A DNA stretch of 64,000 nucleotides, taken from the NCBI GenBank assembly GCA_964016885.1, contig OZ024741.1, positions 55,924,001 through 55,988,000 on the forward strand, read 5' to 3'. Made by a program: the position numbers and the translations under genes. Below, in pieces: positions 35,231 through 49,229 of the stretch (position 1 is the stretch's first letter; each line of letters opens with the position of its first letter). Below the pieces are notes generated by a model that searched no databases, was not told the origin of the DNA, and saw only the letters and a program-made list of their open reading frames with translations. The DNA is from Eledone cirrhosa. Taxonomy: Eukaryota.

Positions 35231-38030
35231 TAGATATCGTACAAACATATATCAGAAAAGGTGTCAGAAAATGACAATGCAACTTTACTCTGGTATATGC
35301 CAATACACACAGACAGAGATCAAAGCCAACTAACTGGATATAATGGTCAAAGACCTCAAGGTAAAAAAAAGATTCTAATTGATGTATCTAACCTCACAGA
35401 TGACAATATACCCATCAGGGAAATGGAGAAATTATCCAAATATAAAGATCTTCTCCTCCTCCTCCTCTGCCCACTTATTCCTGAGAGGGTCATGGATGCA
35501 GAGTCCTCAAACACTCCTTCCAGCGGGTCCTGCCAAAAGCAACCATCTCCAACTGATCCAGCTGGATTCCCAAGCGAGACCAGCCGAACTCATGGATCTT
35601 ATCCAATCATTTTGCTCGAGATCTACCCCTGAGTCTCCTGCCAGTTGGTTTTGCCCATAATAAAATCTGTCCAGTGATTATTTTCCAAAACATTCTAACC
35701 AAAAGCCCATAGTATCAGAGCTGTGATCTCTCAATTTGGAGAAGTAGTGGCTCTACCTGGAGTGACTCCCTGTTCTCCTAGCTATGCACTCTATTGAGTA
35801 ACTTACTCCAAAAACCCTTTGGAAAAAACCCATTTTGGCTACTTATATTCACGATTGTATTCTGTCTGTCATTACTCAATATTCATTACCATAGGTAAGG
35901 GTTGGCATGAATACCGAATTAAAGATAGGAAGTTTGGCTTTTACACCTACCTCCCTTATTCTGATGCTGAAGCTGGCGCACTACTACACCAGCTCCTGCA
36001 ATTCTTGCACTTAATTCAGCCTCATGCCTTCCATCACTCATGAATATGGCCCCAAGATACTTGAACTTCTCCACCTGATTCAGTGGAACTCCATTCACAT
36101 GCAGAGTGCACTGCACAGGCTTCCTTCAGAAGATTAGTGTCTCAGTTTTCACAGCACCGATTTTCATTCCATCCAAGCAGCACTCAGCATCAAACCTATG
36201 AAGTGCATGTTGGAGATCACCTTCTGTCGAGTAAAGTAATACCATGTTGTCTGCAAATTCCATCTGACTGATTTGACACCCACTAGTTATGATATCACTT
36301 CCAACCCGACTGCGCATGTCAATCCTGTTCATGAAAATAATGAACAGGAGAGGTGACTGTACACACCCTTGTTGGAGTCCAACTACCACATCTCTTTGCC
36401 AGACACTTAGCATAAACTTTACTGGAGAGGCTTAACTAGGAGATCCCTCTATAATTGGAGCAATCTCATTTGTCTTCCTTTTTGAAAATAGTGATTATCA
36501 CTCTCGAGTGCCATTGCTTAGGTGCCTTTCCAGAGATCTAGGCCACCTGGCACACATGAGTCAGCCAGAGAACACCTCTATTTAAGGTTTTTAACATCTC
36601 GCACCAAATTTCATCCTCCCCAGTGTCCTAGCCACATTTGAGCTCTTTAATTGCTTTTGTGACCTCAGTCTCTCAGAGATTAGTCATTGCTCCTAGATGC
36701 ACCTTATGTACATCAGAAGATGGTTAACTTTGGACGCCTCTACTAACTCTGCAGCGATTCTTTCTGCCTGCTTATGCCGCAAGTGCAAGAAGGAGGACTT
36801 ATTTCCAAGCTAAGCTTTGTAGGCCTCCTTCTTTGCTCATATGGCCTCTTTGACTTCTTGATTGAACCAAGAGATCCTCCTGCCATCCAGTGCCCTACCA
36901 AGCCTCTTTTTCTTACAGCATTCAACATCTGAAGCAGAAACTGTTGAGCTTAACAATTTGCGCTGTTTCAATGTCCACTGTTTGCCCAAGGAGTTCTCTG
37001 AATTTGAATGCAATAGTATCTGCATACCTCATCCTGATTTCCTTATCCACCAATGCTTCCCACTTTATCCTGTATGTTGACCTGGACCTGCCAGTTTTGT
37101 GGGTTTCTTCGGCTTAAGTTGCAGATGGTGATTAGATGGTGATCAGTTGACAGTTCAGCCCCTCTCTTAACACAAACATCTAGCACAGAATCGAAGAGGT
37201 CAGAGACAACAAAATCAATTATTGATCTCTGTCCCTGATTCCCCTATACTATGTATAGTTATGGATGTCTCTGTGCTGGAAGAAGGTATTCATAATAGAG
37301 TCCATTATTAGAACAGAAGTCTAATAAAGCTTCTCCATTCACATTTAGATCAAGATCGCCCTTCCTTCCAATCACTCCTTTTTATGTTATGTGGTTGGAA
37401 GGGGGCAAACCTTGACAATTGGAACCTGGAAATCACAATCCTTATAGGTAAGCAGCAGGAACTAGTGGAGAAGACTAGATGCTACCAGCTGGATTTAGCC
37501 AGGGTTTCTTCAACAAAGTTCCATGGCTCTGGTACTGCAGATTTGCATGGAGGATGGGAACTTCGGTATTTAGGTGTGTTGCTAGAAATGACTGCACAGG
37601 CAGAAATGAGGATACTCACAAGCCTCTGGCTCTCAAAATGTTATGGGCTGGATCCCATTAAGAGGGCGGATTTGCTTCTTGAAGCTTAGGCTGAAAGATA
37701 AGTCTCTGTGGGTGGTGCAAGTTTATGCACCAATCAAGGAGTCCCAATGATGAAGTCACTGCAATTTAGATGTAATTAAGACTGATTCATATATCCTGAT
37801 GGGAGACTTCAATATAAAGATCTGGAGATAGAAATAATCCAAATGTGGGTGAGGAAAATAGATATAATTCCTATAATAATAGGTGCTCTGAGAATGATAA
37901 AAAAAAAGCACACAGACAGGATACATAACCAAAATACATATATATAAAGCATACAGAAAATAGTACTACTAGATACTACACATATACTACAAACAGTACT
38001 CTCGATACAATAGAAATAACAACACTGCAC
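35231..38030 (+). mobile_element. Dong/R4-like LINE 3' fragment split by an RTE-B insertion
   Basis: ENDNATLLW...EMEKLSKYKDL at 35261-35451 resumes as YKDLEIEIIQMW...IPIIIGAL at 37811. Confidence 0.8.
35452..37810 (-). mobile_element. RTE family B LINE with inverted 5' segment and 13-bp TSD
   Basis: RT on minus (GLQQGCVQSPLLF, FADNMVLL, FKYLG); APE N-terminus on plus at about 37400-37750; TSD AATATAAAGATCT at 35439-35451 and 37811-37823. Confidence 0.85.
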
Positions 38031-38371
38031 ATAGTCAAGACACACAGAACTGTGCTCGTTAAACAGTAACAACATGCAATTAAAAATAAGATTAATAGTA
38101 ATGGTTTCTGATTTAGGCATAAAATCAACAAATGTTTTTTGTTTGATTAAATCGACCCCAGTGCACCACTAGTATTTTATTCTATCAATCTCATAAGGAT
38201 GAAAAGCAAAGCTGTCCTTGGCAGGATTCCAACTTGGAACATAAATAGTCAGAACAAATACTGTTAACCATTTGCCCGATGCCCTAGCAACTCTGCTAAT
38301 CCACTGTTGATTTATTTCATTGGCCACAAGGACCCAAGACATAAGGGACAATACAAGGACAAAAAATAATA

Positions 38372-38565
38372 ATAATTGTTTCTATTTTTGGCACAAGGCC
38401 AGCAATTACCCAGTACATTACTGGTACTTTATTTCATCGACCCCCGTAAGGATGAAAGGCAAAGTTAACCTCGGCGGGATTTGAACTCAGACCATAAAGG
38501 GCCGTAACTCTTTGCTGCAAAGCATGGCGTCCAACCCTCTACTGATACTGCCAATCCATCGCCCT
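38372..38565 (-). mobile_element. Deu/Nin-type SINE
   Basis: Same family as 18581; older copies also near 13300, 28200, 33040, 38150, 43200, 45300 and 60000. Confidence 0.83.
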
Positions 38566-39299
38566 CTGCCAATAATAATAATGTTGAAACGCTTGCTTAA
38601 TCAAAGCTGACATGGGGCTAAACAACACTAACAACCACAAGTGGGCTTTTACATGGTTGCTCAACTTGTTAAAAATAACAGCCAAATCACCCTCAAGGGG
38701 TTAACCTGGGATTAAACAACACTAACAACCACATGGAGATCTCTACAGGGGGGGTTGATCTGTTAAAAATAGAAGCCAAATCTCCCTGAAATTGCATGTA
38801 CCATCTTAACAAATGAAGAACACATTCAACAATGTTGTCCCAAATATACAAAATACAGGATGGGCTCGACTGGAATGCAATGCTTTGATAATAAATATGC
38901 TTCTCCTCCTCCTCTTCTTCTTCTTCTTCTTCTTCTTCTTCTTCTTCTATAGAACAGCTTAAAATACCAGTCATACACAGGAGTGGATAAATAAATAATA
39001 TAATTACCATATATACTCAAATATAAGCCAAGGAATATGTGATGAAAAAAAAAAAAAAATCAACAGTCCCTTTAATTTACCAGTATAACCCACTTTTTCC
39101 AACTGAGTGGACTAAAGCAATATGAAATAAAGCATCTTGCTGAAGATCACATTGTGTTGCTAATCTGAGAATTTAACTCACATCCTTACAATTGTGAGTT
39201 CAGCACCCTAACCACTACACCATGCATCTGTAACTATTATATGAATCTTATATATAGTACTAATTACAAACATACTTTATGAGTAGTATGAAATGGTGT

Positions 39300-40070
39300 C
39301 TACATTTTTAATCTGACTTGGGCTTATGGAGGTGGGGAAGCTACATTTCACATCTGGCCTGGGCCTATTACTAGCTTTGTGGAGGGGACAACATTTTACA
39401 TCTGGCCTGGGTCTGTTACCAACTGTGGAGGGAGCTTATATTTTTACATCTGGCCTGGGTCTGTTACCAACTTTGGAGGGAGTCTATATTTTTACATCTG
39501 GTCAGGGTTTGATACCAACTTTAGAAGGAATCTATATTTTTACATCTGACCTGTGGAGGAGACATTTTATATCTGGTTGGGGCCTATTATCAACTGTGGT
39601 GGGAGCTTATATTTTTACATCTGGCCTGGGCAAATCTGTCAACTCTCCTTGGCCAACTGAGAGATCTCCCACCCACTTTGGGGTGGGGGAGAGATGTCTT
39701 CTCTTGTGAAAATGGGTATAGCTTTCATTATGGAAAATCTCCCAATTTTGAGTCACTTTTTTTCATGGTATTCCCCGTTGGGGTTTTAAAGGTTGGCAGG
39801 TCTATTACCAACTTTGATGGAAGCCTACATTTTTACATCTGGCCTGGGGCTATTCTGGGTCTATCACTGATACGAACTATGGTGAGAGCCTATATTTTTA
39901 TATTTGGTCTGAGTCTGTTATCAATTTTGGTGGTAGCCTATATTTTTACATTAACGATACCAAGTTTGGAAGGAGACTATATTTTTATATTTAGCCTGGG
40001 TCTGTTACCAACTTTGGTGAGAACCTATACTTTTACATCTGGCCTGGGCCTATCACTAATTGCAAAGGCT
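39300..40070 (+). repeat. Degenerate minisatellite of about 48 bp, interrupted by a MITE at 39631-39803
   Basis: Recurrent TTTACATCTGGCCTGGGTCTGTTACCAACTTTGGAGGGAG.CTATATT. Confidence 0.88.
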
Positions 40071-40872
40071 TGCTTATATGCAAGGTGAAAGATAAAAGAT
40101 AAAAGTTGAGATAAGAATTGAAACAAGTTAAAACAGATAAAAAAATAAAACGAAATAAAATAAAATGCAATAAAATGGAATGAAATGAAATAGCTAAAAC
40201 TTGAAGTAAAGAAGGGAGATAATTCCATTGTAGATCTTTGGTTGTTTCTATGAGAGAAGAGTGAAGAAGACGAAGGAGGTTGAGAGAGAGGAGTGTTATG
40301 TGAAGATTAAAAACAGGAGAGGCTGTCGCTTGTAATATCATCATCAGAAGACGAAGACAAGGAACAATAAAAAAGGAAAGAATAGGCAAGCGACAGGGAA
40401 AGATAGAAAGAATAAGAAAAAAAGGAGAGACGTTTAAAGACAAAAGGACTAGCAGGAAAGGCTCTTCAAATTTATATATTTTCTCCAAGACTTTACTACA
40501 TTGCAAGAACAGATTGAATAATATTGAAAAGAGAAGGAAAAGAGAAAACCTAGCTTCTATTTGTGTATCTGTCTCCTTCAGTGACATATAATATATAGAT
40601 ATATATGTGTGTGTATTATGTTCATATAGAAGAAACACTAATATCAAGTTAACACTACGACTGAAGCCATACGGACAACGCTGACATATGTAAGGAATAT
40701 ATATAGATAGATACACAATTTAAAAACCGTTTTGACATCTAATAATGGAAATCAAAAGCTAATTATAATTATACGGTGAGAAAAACAAAGAAGGCAAATA
40801 TATGTGTATCTGCTATTAAGGTTCTACATTTCTACATTAAATTTGATACATAGCTAGTAAAGCTATCTACCA

Positions 40873-40920
<48 letters not shown>

Positions 40921-41173
40921 CACACTTTGTTTTCAACACACCAAATTTTCTTTAGTTGTGTATGTGTGCTTATATCGTTGTGTAATAAACACACAGATTA
41001 TATATATATATATATACACATACCGTATATGTATCTTTCTCTGATATAATCATCTTTTCATGTTCTTTTCTGTCTCATAACCTTCATTAAATTTTATTTA
41101 TACACATTTTAAAAAGAAGTATTTTATGAGAAGACGTATTTTCTAATTATCTAATTTCTCAAAGGACACACAT

Positions 41174-41216
<43 letters not shown>

Positions 41217-41885
41217 TGTATTCCTTCTTTAACAACCATCTCGACCGCCGACTACATATATTTGATAACCTAAACTCTGTCTTGATGCGGACGTTTGCCT
41301 ACAAAAGCCCGGCTTGGCCGAAAAGGAGGACTGCAGCTTTCTTGTCAATGTCTTCTTACACTGGATTAACCTGACATCACTTCGCTTCCTTCATATAAAA
41401 TATATTTAAAAAAATATATAAAAAGTATATCTAGAAAGAAAAAAAAATATAATATATAAACGTGTCGAAGGAAAAAGAGACAACCACCACTACACCGCAT
41501 CAACATTATTCACCACACTTTTATACATACAGATATATTTACACCATACATATCCACTTAACCACTTGTCCAACATTAACAGGACGCACTATATTGCACA
41601 TTTAAGTACACTAGACATGTAATTTTAGGATATATACATGGCGAAATAGCTATATGCAGGTAGAATTATAAAGTATATATACACATATCTTATTTTTTCA
41701 CAGATCTCAACACACACACACTGAAACATAAATGCAACATACAACCATGTATGTATAATGTGCATATAGCTACATATAAAGTCTAGCAGTAACAACATCC
41801 AATTCTATCGATGAACGATCTCAATTCTGCTTAGCAAATTTAGATATATACACGCATCTGTTTATATTATATTCATATTTACCAC

Positions 41886-41926
<41 letters not shown>

Positions 41927-42057
41927 GTAAGCACAAATAATATATTTATATAAATAGCCAGCGCATACATACACATATATAGTGTACACACAAACAATAC
42001 ATACATAATATATATTTCTAGTGTACATATATATTTCTAGTGTACACACACATATAC

Positions 42058-42121
<64 letters not shown>

Positions 42122-42478
42122 TAACCTCTGTCTATATATATGTGTCTGTGTGGAGAAAGTACCAACTATAGACTATGCAAGAAGAAGAAGAAAAAAATGT
42201 AAAAACAATTCGGGATGTCAAGTGAAAGGGTCTAAACTAAATAGACCCCCCCCCCCTATAAAGTGGGACCTCTACCTAATAGTGTGCAAGGTGTCTGAGT
42301 CCCAAAGGAACCGAAACTGAATATATTTAAAGGGGTGATAGAGAGACACCCGGATATTTTAGAGCAATTGAAAAATTATCAAGTCATCAACATCATCACC
42401 ACAGATTGTCGGCGAAACCTGTGATCATGATTCTACAACAGTTATCTGATGAGGTAAGTTTGATTTTCCAGCCCACTG

Positions 42479-42514
<36 letters not shown>

Positions 42515-42598
42515 CCATAGCACTTACACTTTCATATATATAAATATATATATACCCACTCATGCACACTACATTTTCATATATATATTATACTACGT

Positions 42599-42652
<54 letters not shown>

Positions 42653-42657
42653 GTGTG

Positions 42658-42755
42658 CAGGGTGTCTCCAAAAATGAATACACACTTCAACAGCATTCTA
42701 ATAAATATTGCCTGTACAGGTAATCAGTGTGTATACATTTTTTTGGGACATCCTG
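42658..42755. mobile_element. Tc1/mariner-like MITE of about 100 bp
   Basis: CAGGGTGTCTCCAAAAATGAATACACACT / AGTGTGTATACATTTTTTTGGGACATCCTG|TA. Confidence 0.72.
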
Positions 42756-42771
42756 TATATATAATGAAAAA

Positions 42772-43191
42772 CTAGTGCCCGACAGCTGAGCTTATGCTGT
42801 TTCAACGGCGAGTGGATAACTATTATTTGTTCATTTTTCAGCTATTTCCATACGCAGTTTCTTCAGGAACGGGGAGGTGTGGGTTAAGTGGAGAAAAGGG
42901 TGTAGTTAGGGGAGGAAGAGAAAGGTTAGAGTGAACTAGGGGTAGGGTCTTTGGCCCTTTGATTTATGTATTATTTACTCTCTCTTAGTTGTGTGTGTGT
43001 GCGTGCGGCCTGGCTGGAGTGACAAGAGAACGGTGTTTTTTTTCATGTGGTAACGGAATGAGAGCCATAACATCACATGCTGGCATGGCTTTCGGTTTCG
43101 TATGGGCAATAGAAATCACTATTATTATTTGTCTAAGGGTGGTAGAGCGTCGGATAATGCTTTCTCCGTGGTATTTAATTACGACTATAGA
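42772..43191 (-). mobile_element. Non-autonomous Helitron-like element
   Basis: Minus strand starts TCTATAG and ends ...GCTCAGCTGTCGGGCACTAG|T. Confidence 0.6.
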
Positions 43192-44702
43192 TATATATAC
43201 ACACACACATTTTTCTGTTCAAATTTCACCCTAGTCAACTTTGTCCTTTTCTTTCATCCTTCCGAGTGTCAATAAAATAAGGTACCAGTATAATACTGGA
43301 GATGATGTAATCGACCCCCCCCCCCCTCCCCCACTTCTCAAATTGGTGGTCTTGTGCCAATATTATAAAGAGTTAGTATTTATTTGTCTGTGTTATTGTT
43401 TCGCTGCTACTGTTAATGCAAGCGTGGCAGAAATCTGTGTTGCATTGGATAAAATGTTATAATTATATAAAACGTCCGTATAGAGCTAGTAAACCATGAC
43501 AGACCGGGGTGGTGGAGAGTATCTAGTACCTCTTACAGTTAAAAAAGAGAGAAGAGAGATCTAAAAAAAAATAATAATAGTAAAGGAAAGCTAACGGGAA
43601 GCAAGAGAAGCATGAATAAGATTTTTTAAAAATATTGGAAAACAAGAGCAGCTGTAAAGCAGCTATGTTTCTGTTATTGAATCTTTTCGTAGCTGAAAGA
43701 CATTGCTTATAGTTGGTGTATCTTTGACAATATATTGCACCTCCAATGTTGGTAGTATTTTAATGACCAGTTTCAAGATGTCCTCTGACGGGTAGTTTTT
43801 ACATTCGAACAAACAGTGACATACAGAATCTAGGCAATTATGTCCCGTACTTTGACATTCTGGGTTAAAATCACAGCGGGGGTGGTATGTTAGTCTGATT
43901 TATTGTTCTTACTGTGTACTCTAACAGCAATTTTAAAATTTATTTTACTTCCTGGTCGTAGCTACTGTTTCCTCCTCCACCTCCATAACAGCATGAATGT
44001 CGCACAGTCCCCTACTACTACTATTGCCACCACCACCACCACCACTACTACTGCAACTACTTAGTTCGTGACCCGGTTTCGAACTCCTACAGAGACCACT
44101 TCATTTTACTTCGGTTATTGTTGTTTAACCCCAGGTCAACCTAGAACTAGCAGATAGATCTATGTATGATCTAAGGCAGACCTGTCATGACTAACCATTC
44201 CGACTTTTTAGGGAATATCTGACATTGTGTCAGTTCCTTATTTAAGACCGTAGTATGATGTGGTTTTGAAGAGTATTTGACTGCTATTTTTAGCCTGTCC
44301 ATCGACCAGGTAGAAGGCTCCTTTGTGTGCTGCATTGCTAATGTACATTTAGTGCATGGATGAAGAATCCCATTATTTTTTTCCTATGGTGATGCAATAT
44401 TTGGTTGTGGGTCCAATCAGGACCTCCGAGACTAACGAGTGCGTTTTCAGGGCTCCCATAGGGAGAAGGATCTTTTAAAATTTCATGATGGCTGAGAGGC
44501 TTCTTTTGTGGGGTGGGGGATGAGGTATCCACGTACTCTCTGAACCCATCCCCTTCTTTTATGTTCTTGAATCATCCTCTAAGTCATAATCCTTTATTTT
44601 TAAACTCATGGCTATGTTGCAGAACCTTTGTCATAAGCCTGTAGCCAATAAGACTTTAGTTATAAATACTAAATCACAAACCCTTACTCATAAGCCCTAA
44701 TC

Positions 44703-44750
44703 CAGGGGTCTCAAACGTGCGACCCACAGGCTGCATGTAGCCCATGACAT
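44703..44750 (+). mobile_element. hAT/Charlie-like terminal fragment
   Basis: CAGGGGTCTCAAAC.TGCGACCCACAGGCTGCATGTAGCCC; opposite end not found. Confidence 0.45.
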
Positions 44751-44932
44751 ACATTTTGTAACTAATGTTTTCTTAAAACTTGGTCTTTTGTCCTTGTTTT
44801 AATATTTATAGTACAATTTATTGCAATTTACCCATGAAATAGAATAAAATGGAAATTTTTTTTATCAAAACTGAAAACAAAAAAAAAAGGGAATTTACCG
44901 AAAGTAAAAACGGAATAATGGAAAATTTGTTC

Positions 44933-45230
44933 CTCTTAATTTTGTATTAATTCACATATCCCACTTACTATCATATACATATTAATTTTGAGGGAAAAAA
45001 AAACAGCTGTATTGCAGATTAGCATTATAACTGGTGGAAATCACGCTAACCCTTTCATCAGGGGTCAATAATGTTCCCCCTAATTTTGTATTAATTCACA
45101 TATCCCACTTACTATCATATGCATATTAATTTTGATGAAAAAAAAAAAAAATAACAGCCTATCAGCTGTATTGCAGATTAGCATTATAACTGGTGGAAAT
45201 CATGCTAACCCATTCATCAGTTGTCAATAA
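44933..45230 (+). repeat. Tandem duplication of about 145 bp
   Basis: TAATTTTGTATTAATTCACATATCCCAC...CATCAG..GTCAATAA occurs twice. Confidence 0.9.
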
Positions 45231-45574
45231 AAATAAAGTGCCACTTGCTGGTCTTGTGCTAATGTTAGAAAGAATTATTATTCTGGTTTATCTACTGGGG
45301 ATTGTCGGAATAGGTTGAGCATTGAACACAATGGCATGAGCTATTTTTCTGGTACTTTGTTTTGAGTCTACTCCTGCCAAAGTCAACTTTGTCTTTCATC
45401 CTTTCGGAGATCAATAAAATAGCACCAGGTCAAATAATGAAGACGGATTTTAATCTTCCTCCTTGATCCCCTCCCTATTGCTGGTCTTGTGCCTAAATCA
45501 GAAACTATTATTTGCCCATTTGTTTTTAGGGGCTTGTTTCAATTCAAGCTTAGGTTACAAATGTGCTTTTTAGC

Positions 45575-47660
45575 AAAGCTTGGGAGAAAGACAGTCTCCC
45601 CCACATCGATCCAATAGAGGGACCAGCAGTGCAAGTTTAAGGTAGTATAATAAGTAAGGCGATCAAAGACATGAAGACAGGCAAGGCGGCTGGGCCTTCG
45701 GAAATAGTTGCTGAAATGCTGAAAGCATCTGGAATGGTGGGACACTATGGTCACCCATATAGTAAACCAAGTCATACAGAATGGGGTCGTTCCGAAGGAC
45801 TGGCGCAGCAGCATCTTCATTAACTGCTACAAGGGTAAAGGAGATGCCCTAGATAGGGGAAACTATAGAGGCATTAAATTAATTGACCAGGTCATGAAGG
45901 TCACAGAAAAAGTAATAGCGCAACTAATCAGAGAGCGAATTGATCTAGATGAAATGCAGTTCGGTTTTGTGTCAGGTAAAAGTATAACAGACGCTCTTTT
46001 CATTGTACGACAACTACAGGAGAAGTACCTAGCTAAAAGTAAACCCCTATACTTAGCTTTTGTTGACTTGGAGAAAGCCTTCGACAGAGTACCCTGCTCG
46101 ATTATCTGGTGGGCCCTTAGAAAACTAGGTGTTGATGAATGGCTTGTGAGAGCTATACAAGCCATGTATAAAGAAACAGTCAGCAAGGTTAGAATTAACA
46201 ACGAATATAGTGAAGAGTTTAGCGTAAAAGTTGGTGTTCATCAGGGCTCCGTCCTTAGCCCCCTACTATTTATTATTGCTTTTCAGGCTATAACAGAGGA
46301 GTTCAAGACCGGCTATCCATGGGAACTTCTATACGCAGATGATCTAACGCTCATAGCTGAATCAATGGCTGAACTAGAGAAGAAATTCTAAACATGGAAG
46401 CATGGCTTAGAATCAAAAGGCCTTAAAATTAATCTGTCTAAGACTAAAGTTCTAGTTTGTAGGAAGGAAAATAGGGCACTGGTCCCATCTGGGAAATGGC
46501 CATGCTCAGTGTGTAGGAAAGGAGTAGGCAGAAACTCCATTTTATGTCCCAAATGCAAAGTATGGGTGCATAAAAGATGTAGTGGGATCACAAGTAAGCT
46601 AACTAAGAATATAGATTTTATATGTGGCCGGTGCTCAGGTGCAATAAGTAGCAGCAAGTGCCCACAGAATACTAGCTCATTCCAGTGCATAGATGGTTCT
46701 ATAGAAATAGTGGACACCTTCCGTTACCTGGGTGACAAAATCAGCAGTGGTGGCGGGTGCTCTGAAAGTACAGTAGCTAGAGTCAGAACGGGATGGAAAA
46801 AGTTCAAAGAGCTTATACCACTATTGGCCGCTAAAGGTTTCTCTCTAAAAATGAAAGGCAGGCTGTATGATGCCTGCATACGAACAGCAATGTTACATGG
46901 CAGTGAGACTTGGACATTGTGTGCAGTGGATATAAGCAGACTGGAGAGGAACGAAGCTTGCATGCTCCGTTGGATGTGTAATAGTAATATACGTGAACGG
47001 CAAAGCATAAATGAACTAAGGGAGAAATTAGAAATAAGAGGGATCAGATGTTGTTTACTCGAGAGAAGACTACGTTGGTATGGTCACGTGATGCGCATGA
47101 AAGACGACAGCTGTATAAAAAAGTGCAGGGCGATAAAAATAGACGGTAGTCACGGAGTAGGCAGACCCAGAAAAACCTGGGACGACTTGATAAATTCTGA
47201 CCTCACACACTTACACCTCTCCAAGACAATATCACTGGACCGAGATCTTTGGCGCTACACAGTAATACAGAAGACCCGCCTTGCCTAAGTACAAAGCGAA
47301 ACCTACAGTCAGTAGGCACCTCTAACAAAAATACACCCCATCCCCCCACCCCACCCACACCACCCCTTCCAATGTAATGTTATGTTGGTACCACAATATC
47401 CAGTCCGAAATAAATGAGGTCGTGTAGGTGTCACGAAAAAAAACACAGACCACGCTGTAATGTGGCCGTGTAGGTAACACGGTAAAAACCTCCCAGTTCC
47501 TCACTGTAAAGGTGGTTGGTGTTAGGAAGGGCATCCAGCCATAGAAAACCTGCCAGACAGTCCTATGCGAGCAAGACAACCAATCTTGCCTCAAGTGGGA
47601 AAACTCCCGTCCAAACCCATGCAAGCGTGGAAGATGGACGTTAAACGATGATGATGATGA
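45575..47660 (+). mobile_element. RTE family A, 5'-truncated, young (RT, PHD-like finger, C-terminus, 3'UTR)
   Basis: ORFs 45747-46391 and 46509-47288 are in the same frame, separated by one stop; GAT tail. Confidence 0.93.
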
Positions 47661-47664
47661 TCTC

Positions 47665-48840
47665 TCTACTCGTCACGTTGCTTCGACCTCTCCTCTGTGA
47701 GTCTGTGATTTGAGATCATCTCAGCTCTCACCACCTCTGCCTAGGTCTTCCTTGGTCTAACTCTACTGTAGCTTCCTACCACTGGGTTTTCCTGGCACAT
47801 CTTTACCCAGTGATCATCATTCATGCACATCACATGTCTGTACTAACACAGTCTTCCCTTCTTGCACACCACTTTAGATTCCTCTTAAACTCCAGTTTCT
47901 CCCTCAGTTCATCTAATCTCTGCCTTTCTCTTACATTGCACATTCAATGAAGCATGGTAGTTTCATTTCTCTCCAGCCTACACATGTCCTCTGCAGTCTC
48001 GGCCCATGTTTCACTACCATGCAGCGTTGCACTTCGCACACGTGTGATACAGCTGTCCTTTTCTACATAGGGAGAAACCTTTTGTTGTCAACAATGTAAG
48101 AAGCTTTCTAAACTTCTTCCATCCTATCCCTATTCTAGCTATTATGCTCTTCAAGCACCCTCCCCCACTGCTAATTACGTCACCTAGAAATCAGAAGCTA
48201 GGAACCACTTCTATGGATCTTTCATGTGTTTGGAAAAGGTTTATATCATTGACACTCTTCTCTTTGATTATCCTTGTGTATCTTTTATATACAAAGTCTT
48301 CCCTTTCTGTTAGTCTATCTGTTATCCCACTACATTGCCTGTGTGTCAAAGATTTACATTGTGTACATCATATGCCTACTCTTTTTCCACATATTGAGCA
48401 GTGCCCTGAAGGAATCGGTGTCCTAATGGCACTATAGTTTTGGCTAAGTTTACTCTCACCTCTTTTGACTCCAAATTCTGTATCCATAGTTAGAACTTAT
48501 TCTCTAATTCTTTTATGGATTCAGCTATAAGGACCAGATCATCTGTACAGAGAAGGTTCCATGGACAGCCAGTCTTAAACTCCTCTATTATGGCCTGGAG
48601 AACTATGGTGAACAGCAGTAGGCTGAGAACTGAACCCTGAGGAACGTCTACCTGCACCTTTAATTTCTTTTGAGCATCAGTGGTGATAAGTGCACCAGTG
48701 TCATTTCTAACACACTTTTCCCCAACAACATCCTGACTTTCACACACTAACTTGCAATGCAGAACACTTCACATCTCTGATTCTCATGTTGCAAGACATT
48801 GGCAAACTTTCTTTCTTCAGCCTCTCTCCGGGCTGTGGGC
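47665..48840 (-). mobile_element. Degenerate RTE LINE with internal deletion
   Basis: Minus ORF 48490-48747 (QGSVLSLLLF...KTGCPWNLL). Confidence 0.8.
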
Positions 48841-49229
48841 AGCAGTTGTAAATCTTTGATGTGACCTTGATAATGATAATTATCACAAATACCATTTTAT
48901 TCTATATCATTCCAACAATGGATGCCATTATGTGGTTGCTCCATCTGCTAGAAATAGCAATGAAATCTTTGCCAGTTCACACCCTACCATCTTAGAACAA
49001 AGCAACACAGATGCTGACAGAATGGTAGTAGATAAAATGGTTTTAACCTCAAGCTTGTTCAATTAGAGTTGTCATGTGATTGTCATCATTTCCCTAAATT
49101 ATTGTTTTTAGATTGTAAACCTCTTCATGTTCCTCCTGTCCCTCTATATAAAGTTGAATCAAAACTGTTCCAACTTTTGTAGTGTTAGTGAAATGTGGTG
49201 AAGGCATGTTGACAATGTAAGCCATCATT

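Noticed and set aside
40033-40716. 227-aa hydrophobic minus ORF
   Set aside because: Arises from a purine-rich low-complexity plus strand; no domain evidence
42446-42452. CTGATGA as another hammerhead (also a CTGAAGA on minus near 62800)
   Set aside because: No downstream stem II plus GAAA arrangement
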